64,000 bases of DNA from Ostrea edulis. Its lineage: Eukaryota. Within the stretch, counting starts at the first letter, position 1. The number at the start of each line of letters is the position of its first letter. Position numbers and translations under genes: made by a program. The stretch covers positions 84,382,001 to 84,446,000 of the forward strand of contig NC_079164.1 of assembly GCF_947568905.1 (NCBI RefSeq), written 5' to 3'. The notes under the pieces are model-generated. The model was not told the origin of the DNA, did no database searches, and was given only the letters and a program-made list of their open reading frames with translations. Of this stretch, positions 37,752 through 48,644 are shown in pieces.

Positions 37752-38194
37752 ATGAATGTGCTTATTGGTATTAATCAGTCAATATTTAGTCGATTCACAG
37801 GCGCTTACTGTCCAACGCCGTCTAGTGGTGAATGCACGTGTTACCAAAGCAAACTGGGTGGCATGGCAACGGATAGCTGTTTTTTTTATTCCACTTATAG
37901 AACCGAAAGGCATGTCTGTTTGAAGATCAATCTAGCGAATTTCTTCGGTTTCTTTTTAGTGACAATCCTTTTAATTAAAGTACTCCTCAGAGACAGTAAT
38001 TGCGAAAAATGAGCTAAAATATATATATCTATAGATATATATACACACTGTCCACAAAAGATTCGTAGAATCTGGAACCCTCTCCAACATCATTGTGCAT
38101 AGTATTACCATTTCGGACTTCGTATAAAACCGAGCCGCCGCCCCCCCCCCCCCCTTCCTGGCTTGGTAAATATTGTACTTTTCAGGTAGTTGGA

Positions 38195-38485
38195 GCCCTG
38201 CTCGTGCCATGGCCGCGTCAAACCTAAGATGTGAACATAGCTAGTGTTTGCTCGTTCGCCAAACGTTTGGCATTTAGAAGCGGGAATCACGGGTCTTTTG
38301 GATATGACCTTAAAAATGGGGGTCCCGTGTTGCGGCAGGCGTTGGCACATTAAAGAGCTCTCACTACTTCGACCCTGAGCGCTAACATCTGGGTCTACAT
38401 TTGTGGCACTAAATTTACCTACAGCTGGTGACATCTCAATATGAGTGAAAAGTTCTCGACGGGATGTAAAACAAACAATCAATCA
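38195..38485 (+). mobile_element. SINE, near full length, possibly a bivalve Meta/Deu-domain family
   Basis: gtcaaacctaagatg...ttcgccaaacgtttggcatttagaag...aaaatgggggtcccgtgttgcggcaggcgttggcacattaaagag..., then the tail gacgggatgtaaaacaaacaatcaatca. Three or more related pieces occur in the window. The domain names are from recall. Confidence 0.65.
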
Positions 38486-38561
38486 GAAATATAGGCATAT
38501 TATTTATGAAATGAACTGTTCATATAAAAAATCGTAGGCGACCTCATACTTAATTGCAAAT

Positions 38562-38592
<31 letters not shown>

Positions 38593-39149
38593 ATAAACCT
38601 TCTCGATCACGTATTAATTGACTAAGAGAAAATTGGCACACATCTCGCTTGCACTTCGAGATTCGATGACTGATATTTCAATTATAATACAATTATCATA
38701 AAAATCAATCAATATGTGTTGTAAAATAAATTCATAAATGACTGAAGATCATTTGTCATTCAGTATTTAAATCAATTGTCTGCATTCTAAAAATACACAT
38801 GTAAACATGGCAATGCCAGACAATTTTGTCTTGAAGTATATTCAAAGCAATTGATTTTTCCGTTAACATCAAACTAAATACTTGATATTTAAAAAAAAAA
38901 AAAGATTTAGAATAGGCCTACCATCTCACCTTTTTCGTCAGCAAAAAACAATGTAGGCTGTGTGCCATGACGTCACAGTGACCTAATTCGTAGCTATATG
39001 GGGAAAACGATCGGCTGTAAATTTCAGAGAAAATGTAGTTCTTGTTTTAGTGTATGTTGCAGGATAATCTCCTTGGTCTCGAAATGTTGTTTGAAATATA
39101 AAAGCCTGATCAGCTTTTATATTTCAAAAATTTCTCGACCTCGATGGTT

Positions 39150-39416
39150 ATCCTGCAACATACATGTCTGTCTGATGTGTTTCACACCGATTGTTAGGCC
39201 CATTCTTGGCACACTGATTTTGACTGCGGTTAACTCCGTTTACCTGACCGAGATATAGGGCTCACGGCGGGTGTGACCGGTCGACAAGGTATGCTTACTC
39301 CTAGGCACCCGATCCCACCTCTGGTATATCCAGGGGTCCGTGTTTGTCCAACTCTCTATTTTGTATTGCTTATGGGAGTTATGAGATTGATCACTGTTCG
39401 TTATCTTCACCTTTCA
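39150..39416 (+). mobile_element. 3' fragment of a Penelope-like (probable Naiad-type) element
   Basis: Same 3' terminal ~270 bp as 11267-11545. Confidence 0.75.
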
Positions 39417-39994
39417 TAAACATGCGATCATCATTTGTTAACTATATCAGCAGTGGCTGTGTTATGTGCTTATCATAATAAACTGAATTGATTTTTCTTG
39501 TGTTTAATTCTTCCTCTTTTCCCCATGTTTGTAATGGGTTTTACATTTACAACTACGGAGTTTTAATTAATTTTTAAAAATCAATATTGTACCTTGTATG
39601 TTGCCAAAGTAAAGCGATATTTCATGTAGATATCAGAATTCACATGCTTGGCGCTATATTCAGTATTTTTATTTATGTATCTGCACTTAGAAAGAATATT
39701 CTAGATAGTGTATTGCTGTCAAATTTGTTCCTTTCCTCTCGGTACTAAGGTAAGCAATGTGACCTATAGGCCTCTTGTCATCATTTTATATATATATAAT
39801 TATTATATCTATCTTCTACTACAATTGTTATTGATTTAAAGGAAATCACAACAAGGTATAAATGATATACATGTAAACAAAACAGAGAGTCATGTTTAGT
39901 TATAAAATAATTTAGTTTTCTCTTATCATTAACATCATTACAATATCTAAAACATTTTACATGAGGAAACTTGTTCTATACTCTCTATGGTACA

Positions 39995-40275
39995 CAATGG
40001 CAGATCCAGGATTTTCCCAAGAGGAGGACAACCAAGGATGGAATAAGCTGGGAATGCAAGTTTTGATCGTGAAGGCATGAATTCCTCCCGGGGGTTCTGG
40101 GGCATGCCTCTGGTTGTTTTTCGTTTAAATGAAGGAAAATGGTGAATATTCTGAGCAGTTTTTGACACTTATAGGGTTTAGGGGACTTGACCCTCAAAAA
40201 CGTTTAGTTTACAGGAAGCACAATGGTGAATTTCTAAATGGGGACTCCCCTGGGCTCCACTCTAAATCTGCCACT
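39995..40275. mobile_element. Degenerate MITE with GTGGCGGATCC-type TIRs
   Basis: Termini caatggcagatccag and ctaaatctgccactg. Confidence 0.4.
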
Positions 40276-40833
40276 GGTACAGTAGATTCTTTTGCATTAA
40301 AAGCATTAACAACAGTACATGTAATGCATCAAGGTACAAAAATAATAATCCACCGAAGTTTACATCACTTTACATAATACCTACACCCACAAACAGCCAT
40401 ACATAAAAATATCAGGGAAATATTATAAACAATCGTCTCATCCTCAGTAATCCATTTGAAAAGGCAGTATACATTATGATTTTTGGTAGACTTTATTTTC
40501 ACGATCTTGTCTTAGTGCAAAAATATCGGAAAGATATAAGTTTTGCAAAAGTACAATCTGTTCATCATTACATATACAGTAAAACACGGTTATAGTGAAC
40601 CTTCAGGGCCAGCAAAATAAGTTTCCTTATTATCCTCTCATCGGGGACTGAATATCACTTCGCATTAAGAGTGAATTCATTACCAGCATGTTTGTCATAA
40701 GCATGTTTTACTGTGTACATATTCTATGCATGAGAACCTTCTTTTTTGTCAAGGCAACTTTGTGAATTACATGAAGATAAAGTTATCAGGTATTGAAAGT
40801 AATATATAATTATACTGTATCAGAACAGCAAAA

Positions 40834-43800
40834 TCAGATCACCATCCCTGTGTCTCCAATACCCAACTTCTTCTGCAAAGCAATTGTGTTCTTTCGGAAT
40901 TCTTGCTCCATATCTTCCATTTCTTTGAGTTCATTACAAAATTTATCCACATGCTGTGGGCGTTTTTTATAGGCACTCATCTTTACCCTGATTGGTTGCT
41001 GTTCCTCATCTGACTCCTCCTCCAACTGTTGACTGGCATTGTTTACTGAAGCTTCCTCTTGGTTGTCTGCCAGATCTGTTTGTGTATGGACTGGCTCATC
41101 AGCCTCTCTTGGACCAGCAGATTTCTTTCTTTGACTTGATCCCTTTCTTTCTGATGGTTTTCCAGTCACGGGGCGTGTTGTGTCAAACTTTATCTGCCGG
41201 TCATGTTTTTGTGTAAGGAAAACTGAAGAGAAATAGTGTTTGTTGTACGACTTGCAAAAACATTACTGACAAAAATGGCACGTGCTTACATGTATGACAT
41301 TACTGTATGTCATGCGTCTGTTCCTATTCCACTTTTTGAGTGCAATCAAAATCAAAATTTGGATCTAAGCATTATTTTAGTGGCATTAAAGGATGTGAAT
41401 TGAAAATGGAAATATTTGTCTCCCATGTTTATCAGTAGCCAACTCTGTGCCCCTCACCTCCTGCGCTCTTTGGCCTCTGCTTCTGTCTCTCCATGCCATT
41501 TGGAAGGAATGCACTAATTGGTCGCTTAGAGGCTGGCTCTTGATATTCTGGTCCAAATACAGCATCAAGATCAAAGATGTTGCCCTATAAATATATTGTT
41601 TTGATTACTTGCATTGCAAAGAACAATAAATTAGACGATCTGAGATAACTAGCCAATATTTTACAGTAAATTCCTAACATTATGTAAGTACTTCATTTGG
41701 CATAACTGTTATTCAGTGTCTATTCATGAAAACATTAAATTGTAATTGGTTTATTCTTTAAAAGACTTAATTCTAAATAAATCAGTGATATACAGTTTGT
41801 ACATGTATAAATAAAAGCAAGACTTTAAATTTTGTTAAATTTTGTCCACATACAACACCCTTCTTGCAATTTCAAAAAATTGTTAATTACTGAACAAAGA
41901 ATATAGGAATGTATGGTAAATATCAAAGCTATTCATTCTCTCATAGTAAAATAATTGCATTGTATAGCCAATACTGAATGCTATAAAAAGTATAGTCAAA
42001 CGTCAAGTTCGTGTTCAAAGTTCACAAGGACAATTCTTTGGTGTTTGTGAAAAAGTCTTGCAACATGGGACACTCATGCTATGTATCAAACTCCAATCTC
42101 TCAAGCTTAAAAATTTCTCAAGGTATAAATGAGTATATTGCTTGTAGTAATGAAGTATTATAAAACAATGGAAGCATGGTAATTGTATAAAGGGCAAAGC
42201 CAACAACTAGTACACAGAAATCACCCAATATTTCCATTGCTTTTATACCCCCCACCCACCCCTCCCCTACCCCCCACACACAAATAAAATTTATTCCTGG
42301 TAACTGAACTTTTCAAATATATATGTTTCTATGTTAAGTTGAGAGGTAACTTGTTAACCACAGTATACATCAAGAATACATATAATGAATAACTGAAACA
42401 TCACTTTTTTACAGACAAAAACACTGGTAAATATAAATATTAGAGTCTACAGACAGACAAACAGACTTGGTGATCCCTAACAGTTGCCTTCTATAAAGCA
42501 CATTCTACAGCCTCAAAAGCTTGCCAATCTCTATCAGCATTTAGAAAATGACAACAGATGATATGAGGGCATGAAATGAGTTAATACAGGCTAATTCACA
42601 TACAGCAGGTCTGTATCGATCTGGGTCATCATAGTCCAATCTGCTAATGAACTGGTCTCTGTTATTTTCTTTGTCAAGCTTGTACAGTCCCGAAAATGCC
42701 TGCAAATGAAATGAATATGGTCTCTCATAGCATGACAATATGCTATATACATGCATGTTTGAAAAAAATATATCTGCACTCACTGAAACCCAAAAATTGT
42801 GTATTTTTTTCTCAAGATAACTGAAATAGTCAACAGAAATACACACTAGAGTACTTTGTGAAATGTACGTACATTGTTGGTCTCTTGTCTGAGATGAGCA
42901 TGATCTGGATGTAGGATGTCATTAATGGTTAACTCCACTCCATTTGCACTGTCTTTTCTGGTTCTTGTGACAGCACTCTTAGCTCTTTGCTGTATTGTGC
43001 GTGCACCACTGCCAGGTCTGTTCAAATTGGGGTTCTGTTTAGAAAAAAAAAATGCATCAATTAATTCTATTGGCACAGTAATGGTATAGAAAACCTGGTA
43101 CATGTATTTCATTCCTTTCAGTCTTATTGGTTGTTCACTTCATACAACACTCTTCTCTGTCAATGTCCACATACAACACTCTTCTCTGTCAATGTCTACA
43201 TACAACACTGTCAATGTCCACTTCATACAACACTCTTCTCTGTCAATGTCCACATACAACACCCTTCTCTGTCAATGTCCACATACAACACTGTTCTCTG
43301 TCAATGTCCACATACAACACTCTTCTCTGTCAATGTCCACTTCATACAACACTATTCTCTGTCAATGTCCACTTCATACAACACTCTTCTCTGTCAATGT
43401 CCACATACAAAACTCTTCTCTGTCAATGTCCACATACAACACTGTTCTCTGTCAATGTCCACATACAACACTGTTCTCTGTCAATGTCCACATACAACAC
43501 TCTTCTCTGTCAATGTCCACTTCATACAACACTATTCTCTGTCAATGTCCACTTCATACAACACTCTTCTCTGTCAATGTCCACATACAAAACTCTTCTC
43601 TGTCAATGTCCACATACAACACTGTTCTCTGTCAATGTCCACATACAACACTGTCAATGTCCACTTCATACAACACTCTTCTCTGTCAATGTCCACATAC
43701 AACACCCTTCTCTGTCAATGTCCACATACAACACCCTTCTCTGTCAATGTCCACTTACAACACTCTTCACTGTCAATGTCCACATACACTTGGTATTATT

Positions 43801-46800
43801 ATTGATGAAACTTTGTCCTGGAAAAGTCATATAGAATCACTTATGAACAAGATTTCCAAGAGAATTGGCATTTTAAGAAGAATAAGATATTTTATGTCAA
43901 ACGATGCGCTGCTGAAGATTTTTAATACTATGATTTTTCCACATTTTACATATTGTTGTACTATATGGAGCAATCCAAGAAATGCTGAAAATGTGAATAA
44001 GCTTTTTATATTGCAAAAACGAGCTGCAAGAGTAATTCTTAACATCAGAAATTTTGAAACACCATCTAATGTCATGTTTACAGAACTTAACTGGTTGCCT
44101 CTATCAGATTACTTTGTCTATAGAAAAGTCATTTTAGTGTATAAAGTTTTACATGGTTTAATGCCAGATTATTTAAATGTTTTTAAATATGTATCAGAAG
44201 TCAGTCAGAGGCAAACTAGAAATTCTTATTCAAATATTTTGTATATACCCAGGGCAAAAACAGAATATTATAGAAGATCTTTCAGCATTTCAGGGAGCAC
44301 AGTGTGGAATGCCTTGAGTCAAAACATAAGAAACTCAACGAGTGTTGCGTGTTTTAAGAGAAATTATCTTAGAGATTATCACCATACTTTTTAAGCTTCA
44401 TTTTGTATTCTATTTATCTTACATTCATAATTATTTCTTAAGTTTATATGTATTCTACTTCTTTTAATCTGTGTTTATTTTACTAATATCTGTCTGTATG
44501 TATGTTATATGCAGGACCATATTGAAAACTAGCGTTATCGCTAAATATGTAATCCTGGTTAAATAAAGGTCTTATTATTATATTACAACACTCTTCTCTG
44601 TCAATGTCCACATACAACACTGTCAATGTCCACTTCATACAACACTCTTCTCTGTCAATGTCCACATACAACACTCTTCTCTGTCAATGTCCACTTCATA
44701 CAACACTCTTCTCTGTCAATGTCCACATACAACACTCTTCTCTGTCAATGTCCACATACAACACTCTTCTCTGTCAATGTCCACTTCATACAAAACTCTT
44801 CTCTGTCAATGTCCACATACAACACTCTTCTCTGTCAATGTCCACATACAACAATCTTCTCTGTCAATGTTCACATACAAAACTGTTCTCTGTCAATGTC
44901 CACATACAACACTCTTCTCTGTCAATGTCCACATACAACACCCTTCTCTGTCAATGTCCACATACAACACTCTTCTCTGTCAATGTCCACATACAACTCT
45001 CTTCTCTGTCGATGTCCACATACAACACTGTTCTCTGTCAATGTCCACATACAACACCCTTCTCTGTCAATGTCCACATACAACACTCTTCTCTGTCAAT
45101 GTCCACATAGAACTCTCTTCTCTGTCAATGTCCACATACAACACTCTTCTCTGTCAATGTCCACTTACAACACTCTTCTCTGTCAATGTCCACTTCATAC
45201 AACACTCTTCTCTGTCAATGTCCACATACAACTCTCTTCTCTGTCAATGTCCACATACAACACCCTTCTCTGTCGATGTCCACATACAACACCCTTCTCT
45301 GTCACTGTCCACATACAACAATCTTCTCTGTCAATGTCCACATACAACACTCTTCTCTGTCAATGTCCACTTCATACAACACTCTTCTCTGTCAATGTCC
45401 ACTTACAACATTCTTCTCTGTCAATGTCCACATACAACATTCTTCTCTGTCAATGTCCACTTCATACAACACCCTTCTCTGTCGATGTCCACATACAACA
45501 CCCTTCTCTGTCAATGTCCACATACAACAATCTTCTCTGTCAATGTCCACATACAACACCCTTCTCTGTCAATGTCCACATACAACAATCTTCTCTGTCA
45601 ATGTCCACATACAACACTCTTCTTTGTCAATGTTCACTTCATACAACACTATTCTCTGTCAATGTCCACATACAACACTCTTCTCTGTCAATGTCCACTT
45701 CATACAACACTATTCTCTGTCAATGTCCACATACAACACCCTTCTCTGTCAATGTCCACATACAACTCTCTTCTCTGTCAATGTCCACATACAACACCCT
45801 TCTCTGTCAATGTCCACATACAACACTCTTCTCTGTCAATGTCCACATACAACACTGTTCTCTGTCAATGTCCACTTCATACAAAATGAACATCATTATT
45901 TCAGAAATGTCAGTAGTCTCTTATTAATTCTGAAATAATTGTTCAATCACTGAACTATTGTGGAGATACATATATGATGATATTAAATACAGATTAGAAT
46001 TTTTATGCATTAATATTTTCTGAAAATTGTAAAGTTTAATTTCATTTCCACAGATTTATGGTGTTCATCTTTTAATCACAAAAAGTTCAGGACAAAAACA
46101 AAATGTTTTCTTTAGTTGAATAAACAAAACAAAAAAAACCCCTGATTTTAAAAAAAGTACAACTGCACTTGATTTCTGATAATTTACCCTATTGAAAGTC
46201 TTCATGAACTTTTTGTCCACTTCCTCTAGACTTTTCTTGCTGCGTGTGATAGGAAGATGGGACATCTCCTTCTTATGTGTATCCATCAATTCGTCCATGT
46301 ACATCTGTCGTCGTTCGATGTACAATTGTTGACGTAGTTGGACTTCATGCTGGATTCTGATGTTGTCCTGTTCCAGAAGCTTGATAGCTAAGCGCTCCCA
46401 TAACTGAACAGCTTTGCTCTAAAACATGAATTTCAAATAGGTATTGATCAACATTGGAGAACATCGTTCTGTTAATAAAAACAAGGCAGAAACAACAACT
46501 TAAGCCAGTCACATGCATGCATTCATTATGTATCGCCTCTTGGTATGTGTAGCTTTTAAATATCTTAGATTTACATGGAGAATATTACAAACATTGAACA
46601 TACAGAGCATTCAACTACAGGGCTGTTCTATTAAAACATGGGGTACCCGGGGAAGGCAGTTTTTTAAAAAAATCTATGGTTGGTTTACACTGGTGGGATA
46701 TTGATTCTATGATGGGTGGCTTTTGCACCAAAAATTGCTTCTATGGGTGGCTTTTTTACCAAACCATATAATCTGTGAGAAAATATCAGAACACACAATT

Positions 46801-47437
46801 GACAGAGGAAATCTTGGCATTCTGTAAATTATGCTTGAAAGGGAATTGCCTGTATTGAATACTGCAAAAAAGTTGATATCAAGATGAAAAAGTAATTTGT
46901 GCAGTATTATGGAAAAAAATTCTGATTTGGGAATATTTAAAATTCTACTTTTCAAATTAATCAATTTGCTTCTATATGTGCCTATAAAGCTTCATTATTT
47001 GCCTTTATGAGTGGATAGAAGAGTACCAAAATCACTTATATGGGTTGTCATCCCTTTTCCAATTTTCAAGTGCCTTCCCCCGCACCATGTACTGGAACAT
47101 CCCTTCAGGGGTTTCTTCATCAGCGGATAAGTAGGTACTGTTAATTTTTTTACCTTTACATTATCTGGCACCGGTGTGTTAGTGACAACTCTTTCAGGAC
47201 TTGATGACTCATGAAAATTAGGGGGTGGAACTCCTGTAAAAAAAAAAAATGATCTTCTACCACGTCTTGTTGCCAATGTTGGATACAAGTTCTTCACAAT
47301 ACTTTTGAGAAATTTAAATTTTGACAATATCTTAAGATAACTAATTTGACATGATATACAGAGCATGTAATATTTTTGGTTTAAATTCCCATTTATGTCA
47401 CATTTCATAAATACTGTATAATAATAAATCATAAAAT

Positions 47438-47473
<36 letters not shown>

Positions 47474-48102
47474 ACATAAATTTACTTTGATGCATTTGTA
47501 TGTACTGTGTAGTTACTTGCCTACAATATTGCTAAGGTGGAGGGAAGCATTGTGATCCCCTTCCCAAGATCTGTAATAATTACACATTGATTATACAAGT
47601 GCAGTGGATAAAGACAATTACAATGATCTCACAAGATTTCAAAAACTCTTATTTTGGAGAAAATATATATAATTTAAAAGAATAAAAATGATCACATAAT
47701 AATCAATGATCAGTTCCTGCTAGTACTTTCGCCTTACGGCTCTTCAGGCAGTTTGTCTTGAAGTCTGCCTGAAGAGCCATAAGGCGTAAAAGTACTAACA
47801 GAAACTGATCATTGATTATCAAGTGATCATTTTGGATTTTATTTTTTTAAATTATTTAGCAATAGTGCCGATTTCTTCATTCATTTTTTAACATTAAATA
47901 TATATATATATATATAATTAATTATTATATCTGTGTAAAACTACCTTTTAACTAAGAGAATAAGGCAGTTGAGTTGTTCAGCAAGAGCTTGTTTTTCTGC
48001 ATTGTTTTTTTGGATTTCTTGTTTCAGCTTATAAATAGTCTCCATCAGTACCGTTGTATTCTGGGGCTCCCCAACAGCACCATATAGTCTTTCTCCAGGC
48101 AT
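40834..48102 (-). CDS. Uncharacterised 430-aa protein with N- and C-terminal coiled-coil-like segments, 8 coding exons
   Basis: Exons in transcription order: 48102-47945, 47570-47521, 47233-47154, 46418-46188, 43034-42873, 42699-42604, 41584-41458, 41222-40834. They sum to 1293 nt with no internal stop, and all phases are compatible if intron 2 uses a GC donor (AG|GCAAGT). The protein starts MPGERLYGAVGEPQNTTVLMETIYKLKQEIQK (accATG context) and ends ...EQEFRKNTIALQKKLGIGDTGMVI. An acceptor at ~48135 implies a 5' non-coding exon. The family was not recognised. Confidence 0.75.
43137..43788 (+). repeat. 29/32-bp minisatellite, left block, intronic
   Basis: Unit catacaacactcttctctgtcaatgtcca(+ctt), with occasional shorter variants. 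Confidence 0.95.
43789..44583 (+). mobile_element. 5'-truncated L2/Crack-group LINE 3' end inserted in the minisatellite
   Basis: Open peptide LGIIIDETLSWKSHI...KRIGILRRIR...PHFTYCCTIWSN...LQKRAARVIL...RRSFSISGSTVWNALS, then a 3' UTR ending ctggttaaataaaggtc(tta)n. Confidence 0.85.
44584..45885 (+). repeat. 29/32-bp minisatellite, right block, intronic
   Basis: Same unit as 43137-43788, roughly 40 or more copies. Confidence 0.95.
47440..47472. repeat. (CT)n microsatellite
   Basis: Directly visible. Confidence 0.95.
47685..47833. repeat. ~150-bp inverted repeat formed by two back-to-back hammerhead-containing units
   Basis: The plus arm at 47765-47801 (ctgc ctgaaga gcc ataa ggc gtaaaagtact a acag) is a mutated mirror of 47717-47751, and the flanks aatgatca...tgatcatt also pair. 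Confidence 0.85.
47717..47751 (-). ncRNA. Minimal type-I hammerhead ribozyme motif with intact consensus
   Basis: The minus strand reads CUGC CUGAAGA GCC-GUAA-GGC GAAA GUAC UA GCAG: a 4-bp stem I, a canonical CUGANGA/GAAA core, a stem II tetraloop, a palindromic AGUACU stem III and a CUA cleavage triplet. Activity is not shown. Confidence 0.7.
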
Positions 48103-48287
48103 GGTTCTGCACTCTGTGCAACACTTACAGTAGTCTAAAGAATTAAAAATGTTACATAAAACAAGCATCCTGAGAAAATTGACAAAGTGTATAATGACTT
48201 CTATCTGTCACAACACATGTAGAAAATTGATTTCATATACATGAAGGAGGGAGGAATGTGGCAGCCAGATGGGTTCTGTCACCAGTG

Positions 48288-48360
48288 GCCTAATAGCTCA
48301 GTTGGTAGAGCACCTGACTAGAGATTCAAGGGGCCCAGGTTCGAATTCCAGACTGGTAAG
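48288..48360 (+). mobile_element. tRNA-derived SINE head
   Basis: A box tagctcagttggtagagc and B box ggttcgaattcc are present, but there is no acceptor stem and the anticodon loop is 8 nt. Confidence 0.6.
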
Positions 48361-48505
48361 TTGCATTTTACCTTTCCTGTTACAATTATGTTCTGGCAAA
48401 AACATATGCAAAATGAAAATATTTGCTATAATTTTGCGATTTGGCTAACTTTGGGTCATATGTTGCTTTTTGAAACTATACTTTTATTTTATTTTAATTT
48501 GAAAG

Positions 48506-48506
<1 letters not shown>

Positions 48507-48544
<38 letters not shown>

Positions 48545-48583
48545 TTATTTCTTATTTTATCCTTGTCTCTGATTGGTCAAATT

Positions 48584-48643
<60 letters not shown>
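48507..48643. repeat. Two (TA)n tracts separated by a 47-bp spacer
   Basis: Directly visible. Confidence 0.9.

Positions 48644-48644
<1 letters not shown>

Noticed and set aside
43102-45938. Seven long overlapping ORFs (168-433 aa) rich in STYNTLLCQCPH
   Set aside because: They are translations of a stop-free 29/32-bp minisatellite in all three frames, inside an intron of the opposite-strand gene. There is no evidence of a real protein.
46995-47153. Continuation of the ORF past 47154 (KLTVPTYPLMKKPLKG...HKGK*) as a terminal exon
   Set aside because: A donor (AAG|gtaaaa) at 47153 joins in frame to the next exon and yields the full 430-aa model. A short alternative 3' end cannot be excluded without RNA data.
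48288-48360. Possible genuine tRNA genes (also 558-622, 13460-13545, 51760-51841)
   Set aside because: A and B boxes are present but acceptor stems do not pair, anticodon arms are irregular, and each continues into SINE or MITE body sequence.
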